64,000 nucleotides of DNA, taken from positions 128,001-192,000 of IMG/VR virus record IMGVR_UViG_3300037692_000137. One strand, written 5' to 3'. The position numbers were made by a program, and so were the translations under genes. Positions 19,002 to 29,121 of the stretch are shown here, in pieces (within the stretch, counting starts at the first letter, position 1; each line of letters begins with the position of its first letter). Below the pieces are notes generated by a model that was not told the DNA's origin, searched no databases, and was given only the letters and a program-made list of their open reading frames with translations. The DNA comes from a virus. Its lineage: Duplodnaviria; Caudoviricetes.

Positions 19002-19204
19002 ATCGTTTTTTCCTCCTAAAAATTAATTTTTAACTTCTTACTTTTAAGTAAAGTGTAATTCTATAAAGTTTGGTTGGTATGTTTACTACTTCCTTTGTAT
19101 TTAATAAGAGCTGAGGCGGCCCTATATTAAACCAAAGCCGTTTCCTCCCGCGCACTGCGGGAAATTTAAAACTTATATTATTCTACTATATCTTAATAGG
19201 TTAG

Positions 19205-20611
19205 TTAATTATTATGCATTATGTATTTTAAATTACCACAATCCCATATACGATTATAGCCCTGTGCTTTACGTAAAGTACGCTCTGACATAGTGGAGCC
19301 ATTAGGTTTTCTGAGGCCATATCTATGATAACGTTTAGTATTATTTTTAAAATACCAATAGTTACAAGCAGTGCTATATGAGTAGTTAAAGCCTATATTT
19401 GCGTATAACTCACCAGTAGACCAGCGTCGATCAGCAAAAGAAAACACACTTTCCCAAATGTGATTACGTTTAAAGTAGGTAAGTAGTTTAGAGGCTATAC
19501 CAACAACACGTAGATTTAATTTAGAACAAAATCTATGTAGTTCCCAAGTATCTTTATACTTGTCTTTTGCCCCCTTAGCCAAAGATGGTTTTGAAAAGGT
19601 CATCACTGCTATTAAAGTCTGGTTATAAAAGGCACCGATTTTTATAGAAGCGCCGGCACCGTAACCCTGAAGATGGTTTTCTTCACAAAACATACGCGCC
19701 TCTTTTACAGAAATTTCTTGTATACGGCATTTTCTGGCATATACACTAGTTAATTTAATCCCTATTAAACTTGAAAGGCGCGATAAAACTATAGGTTTCT
19801 TAGTTATATACTCATCTTCAAAAATAGTTATTAGTCTGTAACCAGCTTCTAAACAACGTTCTAGTTTGTTTATATGATAAGAGCTGTCTTTATTACAGGC
19901 ATCAGAGTGCCAATATAAACCGCAATATTCAATAGCAATTTTTTTGTCAGGGATTACTATATCAAGTTCATATGGGCTTATAATGTCACGTACTCCGGTA
20001 TGTACAGTTATACCAAAATTTTTGATAAAAGCAATCAGCTCTAATTCTGGTTTTGAGCTTCCTGCTAAAGAGCATGTAGGACACCTAGAACCACAACTAT
20101 TCCAATTATCCCAACTAACTTTATAAACATGGTTGTTAGGGCACACACATTCTAATTTAGTTTTATTGTTGATATAAGAAGTTGTTACTAATGCGTAACC
20201 TTCTAATGACAGTTGTTGTCCTATATTGTCTAAGTAGTTTGGACTATTATGTGCACAGTGCGGGCATCTATGTCCAGATACCCAGTTGCTCATTACAACC
20301 TCGTACTTATGTCCTTTTGGGCATAAAACTTGTAAAGGGGTTTTATTATTAATATAAACAGCACTTAATAATTTGTACCCTTCCAATGCTATACGTTTGG
20401 CAATTTCTTCGATGGTTGGTGTATTATTACCGGCACAATAAGGACATCTAGCGCCGTCACGCCAATGATCCCACTTGATACTATGTTTGTGTCCATTAGG
20501 ACACTCATATAATAGTTTTGTAGCGCTATTTATGTACTCTTCACTAATTAACTTATACCCGGCTATATTAAATGATCTGCTTATGTAATCGTAAGTAATT
20601 TTTTTAGGCAT
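19205..20611 (-). CDS. Free-standing homing endonuclease: 3 Zn-finger repeats + PD-(D/E)xK/Vsr-like domain + Hef-like C-terminal domain (468 aa)
   Basis: Three ~58-aa CPxGH...RCPxC repeats; ELDIVIPDKKIAIEYCGLYWHS; ARKC..EIS, NHLQG, WELHRFCS, FADRRWS, RIWDCG as in T4 Hef-like proteins. Confidence 0.75.
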   Translation of the reverse strand: MPKKITYDYISRSFNIAGYKLISEEYINSATKLLYECPNGHKHSIKWDHWRDGARCPYCAGNNTPTIEEIAKRIALEGYKLLSAVYINNKTPLQVLCPKGHKYEVVMSNWVSGHRCPHCAHNSPNYLDNIGQQLSLEGYALVTTSYINNKTKLECVCPNNHVYKVSWDNWNSCGSRCPTCSLAGSSKPELELIAFIKNFGITVHTGVRDIISPYELDIVIPDKKIAIEYCGLYWHSDACNKDSSYHINKLERCLEAGYRLITIFEDEYITKKPIVLSRLSSLIGIKLTSVYARKCRIQEISVKEARMFCEENHLQGYGAGASIKIGAFYNQTLIAVMTFSKPSLAKGAKDKYKDTWELHRFCSKLNLRVVGIASKLLTYFKRNHIWESVFSFADRRWSTGELYANIGFNYSYSTACNYWYFKNNTKRYHRYGLRKPNGSTMSERTLRKAQGYNRIWDCGNLKYIMHNN

Positions 20612-20703
20612 TATACTAAATTCTCTATATCTTTTAGATTTATATTTAAATAAACTACTTTATTGCAATTTATACAATAAATCTATACTTTAACACATAT
20701 ATT

Positions 20704-20732
20704 ATGTTAACATAGTATATAAAACTTTGCAA
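20704..20732 (-). promoter_or_regulatory. Sigma70-like promoter upstream of the Hef-like endonuclease
   Basis: TTGCAA-17 nt-TAACAT with TG extended -10. Confidence 0.5.
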
Positions 20733-20743
20733 TTAAAAAAAAA

Positions 20744-21625
20744 TTAAAAGCGGCCATCAAGATAAGAATACATATCTAACGATATCTTACTTCGGTACGC
20801 ATTTAAATCACTCAACATTACTTGGTCAACACCTCTTGACATTACTAAGGGTAGATTAACATGCCTTGCTGTTACGTTATCAAAATATAAGTTACTTACA
20901 CCTAATACTACGGATCTATCAAATAAATTGGTATCCTTGTCCATATTGTATTTCCTATTATAGAATGTGCCATCATAATCTAATACAGATCCATCTGGAA
21001 ACTCCATTAATGGTATACTTTTTAAATACAGTGCGTTGTATATAACCTCTACTATGTCATTACGTTCAGATGTGGATGAAGCAAAAACATGTATGTCCAC
21101 TTTTCTAGCATCTTTATGGCCGCCGCCTAATTGATAGCCTGTTTTATCTGTACCATTTATGTCGATAACAACCACTGGCGGATCTTCGGCTTGAATAGCA
21201 GCCCATTCATCAACTATACCAGCGTAGTGCCAGTAGTAGTCTATAGAATGAGGGGGCACGGTGCCGGATGTTACTATTCTACCATCAACATAGTCTACTA
21301 TATAACTGTTTTCATCTATTATATTACCATTAATGTCATATACCACAACACGTGCTGATTGTTCTCTTGTTGGAAGTCCTCTATAACAGTAAGGACTCGT
21401 ACCGGATACGGTATCGAAATAAACCCATCCTCGCCCGCGGGCGGTAGGTTTAGGTATCATCTCCGTAAGCGCTTCGTACACAAAACTGGTAGCTGAGGAT
21501 ATTTCAGGTATGTATTCGAGAGGTACATTTTCTTCACGCTCAATAAAATCTACTAGCGCTATCTCTTTAAGATAATGGTATAAACTCAGGTCCTCTTTAC
21601 GCAGTTTGGTCATTTCTGAACTCAT
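20744..21625 (-). CDS. Putative tail terminator / neck protein (293 aa)
   Basis: PPVVVIDI...YQLGGG...R.VDIHVFASSTSERNDIVEVIY tail-completion-like pattern; synteny. Confidence 0.55.
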   Translation of the reverse strand: MSSEMTKLRKEDLSLYHYLKEIALVDFIEREENVPLEYIPEISSATSFVYEALTEMIPKPTARGRGWVYFDTVSGTSPYCYRGLPTREQSARVVVYDINGNIIDENSYIVDYVDGRIVTSGTVPPHSIDYYWHYAGIVDEWAAIQAEDPPVVVIDINGTDKTGYQLGGGHKDARKVDIHVFASSTSERNDIVEVIYNALYLKSIPLMEFPDGSVLDYDGTFYNRKYNMDKDTNLFDRSVVLGVSNLYFDNVTARHVNLPLVMSRGVDQVMLSDLNAYRSKISLDMYSYLDGRF

Positions 21626-22263
21626 TTAATAACCTCTCCTAGCTTTAATTGCGCGTCTACTACAGCCTCTTTTAGCCACAGTGGTAATTGTGTAGCAACA
21701 TAGTCATTCACATCTTTAAATATGTCCATAGGCCCTGCGTTAGAAAAAGGGTACATAACAAAATTAGTTTTTAACTCTTTTTCTTTGCTCCTAATAAAAG
21801 CATTATATTTTAATAAGTATATCTTTTCCTTAGTTGATAAAGAACTGTCAGATAAGTGTTTTGTTACACCACTTTTGCCAAATATTTTAGCGTATTGATC
21901 CCCATTAACTTCAACATATTGCCCTACTATGCCCTCTAATATATTCTCTATTACTCTTAATTTACCACTAAAATCAAAGTTTGCCATGTCAGGAACAGTA
22001 AAAGACACTTGCCCGTTAGTAACTGTTACGTACTCAAAGTTATCTAACCTGGTTATAAAGTCTTCAATATAATCTTCGGGCCGAGTTTTACTACGCTTGT
22101 CTGTAACTACATTAGTTAGTTGTTGAGAGTAAGAGTCCACAATAACACCTTTAACCTCATCTATTCTAGAAGTCAGTTTAAAGAACAACTCTTTTTCTAT
22201 AATATTCTCAAATTTATCCGCTATTTCATGTACGGATTTAATTACTTTTACTGGTGCTGCCAT
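21622..22263 (-). CDS. Putative tail completion / neck protein (213 aa)
   Basis: Overlapping start/stop in the head-tail joining cluster. Confidence 0.45.
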   Translation of the reverse strand: MAAPVKVIKSVHEIADKFENIIEKELFFKLTSRIDEVKGVIVDSYSQQLTNVVTDKRSKTRPEDYIEDFITRLDNFEYVTVTNGQVSFTVPDMANFDFSGKLRVIENILEGIVGQYVEVNGDQYAKIFGKSGVTKHLSDSSLSTKEKIYLLKYNAFIRSKEKELKTNFVMYPFSNAGPMDIFKDVNDYVATQLPLWLKEAVVDAQLKLGEVIK

Positions 22264-22862
22264 TATGTATAGTCCTTAATTATCTCTGTAGTGTCCACTT
22301 TAGGCTTATCAGTAGTAAAAGCGGTGATTATTAGTAAGGATTGATTACCTAAACCTCTTAATAATGGGGGTTTTGATAATTTGCAGTCTACACCATCTAC
22401 TACAAGTTTAACACAATTTTTAAATAAATCAAAGTATTTAGGGTCTGTTTTTAATTGCACTATTGTAGACCCTTCTGTTCCTGCTGGTGTATATGTCATT
22501 GTATTACCACCGCCGGTAGCTGATGGGTCCCAAGTAACTAAACAGTCGGCCCAGGCTCGACGTTGTGTTTCCAAAAAACCTTTGCCAGCGCAAACTGGGC
22601 ACCTACCACGTAAAAAATATTTATAGTGTATGGTTACATTACCAGCTGCCACCCATTCTGCTTGTTTAGCTAGGGCTTCTAATGGGGTCCATGAGCACTT
22701 GCCTGTACTTGCATCTGTCATTTTATCATAGTAACAATTAGGGCACTCAGATTTTATAGGTTGCTTATACACTTGCACTTTACGTGATAATCCCTTCACT
22801 ATATTACGTATAGCTTTTTGATAACGGTCTTTAGTAAAGGATCTAATTCTATTATCTTTCAT
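22263..22862 (-). CDS. Putative head closure protein with Zn-binding motifs (199 aa)
   Basis: CPNC...C and CPVCAGKG motifs; synteny after adaptor. Confidence 0.5.
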   Translation of the reverse strand: MKDNRIRSFTKDRYQKAIRNIVKGLSRKVQVYKQPIKSECPNCYYDKMTDASTGKCSWTPLEALAKQAEWVAAGNVTIHYKYFLRGRCPVCAGKGFLETQRRAWADCLVTWDPSATGGGNTMTYTPAGTEGSTIVQLKTDPKYFDLFKNCVKLVVDGVDCKLSKPPLLRGLGNQSLLIITAFTTDKPKVDTTEIIKDYT

Positions 22863-23557
22863 TAATTAATTTCCCAAAGGTTTAAGTGTCCATCTGTTTC
22901 TGGATTGTAATGTCTACATTTATACCCTTTATATGCAGACTGCCGTGTTAAAGTAATGGTATGAAATGACTTATATTTTATACTATTACTTTTACAAAAA
23001 TTTCTTAGCCCAAAAACTACCACCTCTTTATTATTAGACAACGTTACAACATACTTTTTAGATTTCCAATTATTGTCGCCATTGTAATTTTTAGATTTAC
23101 GTGTAGCAGTCCTCTTATATATAGTTTCTGGCGACAATTTTCCGCCCATTTTTGCGGAACTTATCTTTTTACACCATTCTTCAGTACGTGGAGGTAACTT
23201 TCTACCTTTATTATTATAAGATAGTAATTTTTTTGTTTCTTCTGATAATGTATGTCCTAACGTACCTTCTCCGCCGATGGTCATATTATAACCTGATTCG
23301 AAAGTGTCATAAATATCTATATAATGCTTTTCCATTTTATTAAGGTCTTCCAAGGAAGAGCACTCACAAAGTGTTTCCCATTTAAAAGACTTAGATCCGT
23401 ATTTTCTTATAGAGTTATGAAAATAAAAATTATCAACATTACGTAAAGCAGTACTTATATGATCACTTTTCCTAGAAGATAGCCCTCTTATAGTCTGACC
23501 GATATATACTTTACCATTAACTTTATTAGTAGCTTTGTATATAATTCCGTAACTCAT
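22862..23557 (-). CDS. GIY-YIG homing endonuclease with NUMOD3 repeats (231 aa)
   Basis: GIIYKATNKVNGKVYIGQT...EKHYI...GYNMTIGGEG; HTLSEETKKLLS. Confidence 0.9.
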   Translation of the reverse strand: MSYGIIYKATNKVNGKVYIGQTIRGLSSRKSDHISTALRNVDNFYFHNSIRKYGSKSFKWETLCECSSLEDLNKMEKHYIDIYDTFESGYNMTIGGEGTLGHTLSEETKKLLSYNNKGRKLPPRTEEWCKKISSAKMGGKLSPETIYKRTATRKSKNYNGDNNWKSKKYVVTLSNNKEVVVFGLRNFCKSNSIKYKSFHTITLTRQSAYKGYKCRHYNPETDGHLNLWEIN

Positions 23558-23558
23558 A

Positions 23559-24521
23559 TTAGTCTATCCTTACTCCGCCTATACCTAGCATCTTAACGGA
23601 ATGAATAGCATCATCTAGCCTTTTCTTTATTAAATCTAGTAAATCTTTTCTAGCCCTAATTCCGGCCGAGGGGTCATATTTGCTACCCTCATCAGTTATC
23701 ACAGCGCCATCCTCAGACACATAATCCCATGTCTCTGCCATAAGTAAATCATAGGCACATGCTAACATGTATATTTCTGAGTTACAGTTGAAGGTGTTTA
23801 GTGGTGGCGGCGGAGGTGTATTATCGTAGGCCTCCATTATCTCTCTGTCAGACCAACGGAAGGTGTATATCCACACATCCACCCCCTGCTGAATCATACG
23901 TCCACCTGATATAACTGTGACAGGAGTATCAATATATTCGTTAAATCTTAAATATCTATAACCATTTATAGAAGGATTAGCAGTCTCTGTATACTGCACT
24001 CCATTCATATTTACAAAAGCAGGCCAGCCTTTTTCATCCAGCACGTAAGTTCGGCCATCAGGCATTATAGAAGACTCTGCTTCGTCCCCGTATTCTCTAT
24101 CCAAACCGACAGGATCGCCTATAAGTAAACGTATACGTTTTATTATTAACTGATCTGCTGTGCCATATTCGATCTCAGGAGGATAGGCCGGGTCGTAGTA
24201 TAAATCTTGTGCCTCTCCAAGTATAGGGTCTGTCCAACCACTTACTGACCCGGTAGATGAGCTATAGTATCTAGATGTATACCAATCCGTAGCTGCTCCA
24301 CTTGGGTCCATAAAGTAGTATTGACTATATTGTGGTAGTAATATAATCTCATCTGTATCAGTAATATTACTTATCTGGTCTGTACCAGATACAGCAGTGT
24401 AGTATGTAACATCAACAGACGTCTGTGGTATGCCTATACCAGAGTAACGCATTAGCTGTATTCTATCAAATACTGATAGTATTGTGGCTATGGAATCTAG
24501 CGTAAATGTAAGATTAATCAT
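23559..24521 (-). CDS. Putative head-tail adaptor (320 aa)
   Basis: IKRIRLLIGD...FRWSDREI...ACAYDLL adaptor-like C-terminal half; synteny. Confidence 0.55.
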   Translation of the reverse strand: MINLTFTLDSIATILSVFDRIQLMRYSGIGIPQTSVDVTYYTAVSGTDQISNITDTDEIILLPQYSQYYFMDPSGAATDWYTSRYYSSSTGSVSGWTDPILGEAQDLYYDPAYPPEIEYGTADQLIIKRIRLLIGDPVGLDREYGDEAESSIMPDGRTYVLDEKGWPAFVNMNGVQYTETANPSINGYRYLRFNEYIDTPVTVISGGRMIQQGVDVWIYTFRWSDREIMEAYDNTPPPPPLNTFNCNSEIYMLACAYDLLMAETWDYVSEDGAVITDEGSKYDPSAGIRARKDLLDLIKKRLDDAIHSVKMLGIGGVRID

Positions 24522-24538
24522 TCCTTATTCCTCTATTA

Positions 24539-26755
24539 CTATAAGTTTGTAGGTCCTGGAAACACTATATTAGTTTTTTGTACACGCATACTAGGTTTAA
24601 TTTCTAGCGCCTGAGTTGATTTTTCACCAACCTCGTGTGCATTAACTTCAGGGTCTTTTATAGAAACAACTCTGGTTATTACAGAGCCTATACCCATTAT
24701 AACATCATCTAAATAAATACTTAAAGGCCTGGTAGCTTTAAATTCTATCTCATCTATGTATACATCGGTCATATTAAAAGCGTCAAATGGTATATAAATT
24801 CTCTGCCATTCTGACATTAAGCTGCTGTTTAAATAATGTCTTAAACTAATTGGGGTTCCGTTAGTACTCCCCACACTCTTCAAAGTAACCTCTATATCTG
24901 CGGCTGCTTTCCAATCCTGTAATTTCAACTGTACTGCTATTAAATCATATTCTTCGGTGCTTATTGGAGGACCTATACGTATAAAACTAAAAGAACTGTT
25001 GGCTAGCATACCAGACGCGTCTAAACCGTTTGTACCTGATTTCATAGCATCTGGTGATTCTACACCAAAACCACTATGCAGCCAATCACCACCTATATCA
25101 GCTACACCGGTACCATTCCAAATATAGTAATAAGCTTCTGTAGGGCAAACAACATCAATTTCTTGTAGTACGCTGTCACTTGTTGTTGCTCCTGTTCCAT
25201 GAACATAGCCTATTATTTTATAGGAACCTAGAGAAGTAAAACATACCTTTTTCTCTTTTTGTTCTAAATCTACCGGACTCTCCCAAGTCAATTCCCAAAC
25301 ACCTGAATTATCTTTGTATACTTCCCAATGATACCCTGTTGTTGTACCATCAGAGGAGGTACCAGTTATTTCTAGTAAATAATAGCACTCTACTGTAGTG
25401 ATAGCAACATGTGTAGCAAATACTACGTCATAACTTACAGCTGTGTTTTGGTTGTACCAGCCGTCATTCCAGTAAGCGATTAATGTTACAGTACCTGAGT
25501 CCATCTCCGGTGTGTACCCAAATACGTAAGCATGGTTTACATTGGTAGCTGCTGTTATACTTCCATCTTCATCATATTGCCAACTGTACTTATATCCATT
25601 AGGTGTGTAAGTACCTACTCTATCGTAGTTAGTTGTGGTATTAAGAAACTGTGCCCCACTTGTAACTGTAACTTGTGCAGGTAGTTGGGTAAAGTCCACT
25701 GTTGGGCCGGAAAATAACCCTTGCTCAACCTCTATACCATAACTTATTATATGATCATTAAAGCCGTCATTCCAGAATACATCTATACCTATTGTGTGTG
25801 TGCCTGGATTAGTGAATGCTCCTGCTACATTGGTTTGTCCGTACCAAGAGGTACCTTCTCCTTCTGTATGACTTATTATATCATCTCTGCCAGAGGAAAC
25901 TATTGTTGTTGTAGAACCAAAGGCACCTGTATCCACTATGGCCCAATCTATATTAGTTATTCTATCATCTACGTCTGTTCCTGTGTATTCAAATGTTACT
26001 GGTGTATTTGGGTCCAATACAACACCTGATACTGCCTGATGACATGTTATAGCTGGAACAGGGGTATGATATAATATCTGTATACTTTTGGTGCCACTTG
26101 TTACTGTGCCACATTCATCTTCTATATTTATATCTACATTATATATACCAGCAGTAGCCCATTGGTGTGTGGATGCTGCTACACCAGAAAGGTCTAGTGT
26201 GTTTGTTGTGTCACCCCAATAGTAATCTGTTTTAAAAACACTGTTTATATTAAAAATTGTTTCTCCATATCTTGTGTACCAGTGGTACATATCTATACCA
26301 TCAAAAATCCAATTATGCACATCATAGCTTGTATTTGTAGTACTATATATAGTTTGCACTAGTCCTATTGAAGGTAGTGTCCATATCAAATTAGGGGGTA
26401 TATTACTTCTAGTCTGAACATCTAATATATAAACGTCGCTGACCGTTTTTGTAATTTCTGTTGCTGACCACTCTTCTAATAGAGAACAGTCCGCATTTCT
26501 ATTAATAGTACTGCCTTTCCAGAACGCTAATATTATTTTACCATTAGTAGCCATTATCCCAGCTTGTGATAGCCATGAGGCATCCCCACCATTAATGGAC
26601 CAATACCCTGTATGTTCACAAAGCCTCACATCACTCCAAGTAGTAGGAGAACTAGCAGTCCCATTCGGAAACCAAAGGGCTTGATAATACACATTAGCAT
26701 TGGCTAGCGTATTGTCTGCCAAGTATATGTAACCAGCAAAAGTAACATTTAACAT
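24539..26755 (-). CDS. Virion structural protein with PKD/Ig-like repeats and a C-terminal jelly-roll (738 aa)
   Basis: YYWGD...HQWATAGIYNV, FTNPGTHTI, Y.W..D PKD-like repeats; C-terminal WQRIYIPF...IYLDDV sugar-binding-like motif. Confidence 0.55.
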   Translation of the reverse strand: MLNVTFAGYIYLADNTLANANVYYQALWFPNGTASSPTTWSDVRLCEHTGYWSINGGDASWLSQAGIMATNGKIILAFWKGSTINRNADCSLLEEWSATEITKTVSDVYILDVQTRSNIPPNLIWTLPSIGLVQTIYSTTNTSYDVHNWIFDGIDMYHWYTRYGETIFNINSVFKTDYYWGDTTNTLDLSGVAASTHQWATAGIYNVDINIEDECGTVTSGTKSIQILYHTPVPAITCHQAVSGVVLDPNTPVTFEYTGTDVDDRITNIDWAIVDTGAFGSTTTIVSSGRDDIISHTEGEGTSWYGQTNVAGAFTNPGTHTIGIDVFWNDGFNDHIISYGIEVEQGLFSGPTVDFTQLPAQVTVTSGAQFLNTTTNYDRVGTYTPNGYKYSWQYDEDGSITAATNVNHAYVFGYTPEMDSGTVTLIAYWNDGWYNQNTAVSYDVVFATHVAITTVECYYLLEITGTSSDGTTTGYHWEVYKDNSGVWELTWESPVDLEQKEKKVCFTSLGSYKIIGYVHGTGATTSDSVLQEIDVVCPTEAYYYIWNGTGVADIGGDWLHSGFGVESPDAMKSGTNGLDASGMLANSSFSFIRIGPPISTEEYDLIAVQLKLQDWKAAADIEVTLKSVGSTNGTPISLRHYLNSSLMSEWQRIYIPFDAFNMTDVYIDEIEFKATRPLSIYLDDVIMGIGSVITRVVSIKDPEVNAHEVGEKSTQALEIKPSMRVQKTNIVFPGPTNL

Positions 26756-27576
26756 AGCCCTTCCATCCAGATAGGTATGTTTTTATCTAATTTTTCGTTA
26801 TAATAACTACATTTATACTTTTTATGGTGGGCTAATTTACCTTTAGCGCAGGCGCTTAAATGGTTATCTGCCAACTTAGCCTTAGTATACAATTTACAAA
26901 AATGCCTTAAGCCTATTACAACAAAAGTTACATTTTCTGGGGTAGTTATTACATATTTCTTAGAACTACCATTTTCTGATCCATATTTACCATAACTAGC
27001 GTTTTTATGTCCTTTTTGGGCCAGGGCCATTTTATGTTTAGTATCTAAAGAAACTATTTTTCCTGTATGAACTTTTGATATATTATTTTTTTCTTCTTCC
27101 GAAAGGATTCTCCCTTTTTTGCCCATATGTGCTATACTAATCTTTTTACGTGCTTCTTCGGACACTATTTTACCTTTATTGCCTAAACTTATTAGTTTTT
27201 TAGTAGCCATAGATAATTTTCTACCTTTACGTTGTTTAGACATTAGTAATCTAGCTTCTTTTGAGTGTTTGTAACCTAAAATACCTTCTCCACCTAAGGT
27301 CAAATTATACCCAAAACCGCTGTTTATACTATTATACTGCTTTATATAGTGAAATTCCATCTCGTCTAGTTCTAATTTACTAGCACAATATTCAATAACT
27401 TCCCACTCGAAACTATTTAAGCCGTAGTATTTTAAAGCTCTGTTAAAGTGGTAGTCGTTGTTGGAACAAAGATGTTCTCTCTTACGTTTATTTAAAGTAT
27501 AGGTTGTTTGCCCTATGTATACTTTATCATTAACCGTATTAGTTGCTTTATATATAATGCCAAAAGGTGCCATCAT
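26749..27576 (-). CDS. GIY-YIG homing endonuclease with NUMOD3 repeats (275 aa)
   Basis: GIIYKATNTVNDKVYIGQT...GYNLTLGGEG; several S.E.K.KIS..H.GK repeats. Confidence 0.9.
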   Translation of the reverse strand: MMAPFGIIYKATNTVNDKVYIGQTTYTLNKRKREHLCSNNDYHFNRALKYYGLNSFEWEVIEYCASKLELDEMEFHYIKQYNSINSGFGYNLTLGGEGILGYKHSKEARLLMSKQRKGRKLSMATKKLISLGNKGKIVSEEARKKISIAHMGKKGRILSEEEKNNISKVHTGKIVSLDTKHKMALAQKGHKNASYGKYGSENGSSKKYVITTPENVTFVVIGLRHFCKLYTKAKLADNHLSACAKGKLAHHKKYKCSYYNEKLDKNIPIWMEGLC

Positions 27577-27998
27577 TCACCCCAACTAATAATCATTATG
27601 GCCGTGTGTAAACTTTTTACCCAAAAACCAGAAATCTCTTCGGAATCATTATCAGTATACACGAGTTGAAAGTTATGAACACTGTTTTCAGGTGTTATTC
27701 CTGGAATAAAAGAATAGAATGCCTGTATATCACCTAAATATGCATTGGCCACCTCAACTTTACCTATACCATACAGATCCTCTATCTGGTCCAACACATA
27801 GTTTTTGAACTTAGCTGTTGTTACTCCATCGTGTTCATGTCGATGTAAGGCTGTGCTCCAAAAGCCGTACTGTATGGGTATAGCTACTAGTTGCCACGTC
27901 AATGGCTCGAATTCTATGGTGCCCCTACCCCCAACAGAAACCCCGGCTCCGCCGCCATATAAATCGTAGCCTGCACTAGCTACAAATCGCATGTCCAT
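27573..27998 (-). CDS. Hypothetical virion-associated protein (141 aa)
   Basis: Tightly packed ORF in the structural operon. Confidence 0.5.
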   Translation of the reverse strand: MDMRFVASAGYDLYGGGAGVSVGGRGTIEFEPLTWQLVAIPIQYGFWSTALHRHEHDGVTTAKFKNYVLDQIEDLYGIGKVEVANAYLGDIQAFYSFIPGITPENSVHNFQLVYTDNDSEEISGFWVKSLHTAIMIISWGE

Positions 27999-27999
27999 T

Positions 28000-28530
28000 T
28001 TAGAAAGGTCCTCCCATTAGATAAGGAACAGTATCTGCGTCGGTTCTGTAATGGGCATGCACTGTCCCACTAGCTACAGGGCTACTCCAATCCATAGCGT
28101 CGTCTGCTTTAATTTTAGTTATTACATAATCTGTTCTATTTAAGGGGACGTTACGGGCTGTTTGTGATGAGGTAGAAACAGTGTTTGTTCTTATTACATC
28201 TTCTACTGATATATTATAGTGTCTTGTGTTATTAACTAAATTGTAAACATTTTGTTCATTTACTAAAATTTCTTCGCTGGATGTTAAAAACCCTGAGCAT
28301 GTAGCGTAGCATATAAATATACCTGCCTCGTCTATGGAAACGGCTGTTTTATATAGGCCGGATTCTACCGTAGACTCAACCAGAGCACCGTTTATAGGGG
28401 GTATTAAAGCGCTGTCGTCAATACGACGCACGTCATAGTATACAGTTTCGCCGGCCGCTAAACTGTTATCTTCCTCATTAAACAATGATACTAATATAGG
28501 GAAGCTTTCGCCAACATTAGCCCTGATCAT
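28000..28530 (-). CDS. Hypothetical virion-associated beta-rich protein (176 aa)
   Basis: Tightly packed ORF; ESGLYKT..I...G.F Ig-like pattern. Confidence 0.5.
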   Translation of the reverse strand: MIRANVGESFPILVSLFNEEDNSLAAGETVYYDVRRIDDSALIPPINGALVESTVESGLYKTAVSIDEAGIFICYATCSGFLTSSEEILVNEQNVYNLVNNTRHYNISVEDVIRTNTVSTSSQTARNVPLNRTDYVITKIKADDAMDWSSPVASGTVHAHYRTDADTVPYLMGGPF

Positions 28531-28539
28531 TTAAAGTCC

Positions 28540-29106
28540 TTATTCCTTCTTCCAAACCACTTCAAATATAGTTCCTAATAAGTCATCTGGTAGTATAAGT
28601 TTATCAATTTGTTTATTTTCATATTTTAAATTCCCATAACAATAGTCAATAAACTCTGTACAGTACATTGCTTCTTCATTATTAAAATTAAATTCATAAT
28701 CATACGCTATATCTTTATATAGATAGTTAAATGCTTTTTCAATGGCACTAGCTTTTTTGCTACTGTCCGCGCAGCGTAGTATACATATGTCGTCACAGCG
28801 TAAAAAAGTTAATATGTCTTCCTTGTTTATGCCTTGTCCCAACATGTGGATAACATAGCCATCTCCAACATACATAGCCGCGTGAGACCAATATCCTGGA
28901 ATTAAGATACTACCTAAGTAATGATCATACCTTCTTAAAAGAACATCCCCTGGTTCAAGTACATTTAATACATAACGTGTATCTGGTCCTTTTATACTGT
29001 AAGAAGAATTACCAAAAAGTACAAACCCTCCTACATATACACGTATATCAGCAAACCAAGCAATTGTGGTATTTTTAATTTTGTAAAAAATATTAGGAAG
29101 CGTCAT
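28540..29106 (-). CDS. Permuted papain-like amidase (YiiX/YebB-like NlpC/P60) (188 aa)
   Basis: LEPGDVLL, WSHAAMY (His), YDYEF, YCTEF (Cys) in permuted order. Confidence 0.85.
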   Translation of the reverse strand: MTLPNIFYKIKNTTIAWFADIRVYVGGFVLFGNSSYSIKGPDTRYVLNVLEPGDVLLRRYDHYLGSILIPGYWSHAAMYVGDGYVIHMLGQGINKEDILTFLRCDDICILRCADSSKKASAIEKAFNYLYKDIAYDYEFNFNNEEAMYCTEFIDYCYGNLKYENKQIDKLILPDDLLGTIFEVVWKKE

Positions 29107-29121
29107 AATAGTAACTCCTTA

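Noticed and set aside
22862-27576. GIY-YIG genes as intron-encoded
   Set aside because: Both abut or overlap complete flanking genes, leaving no room for intron core elements.
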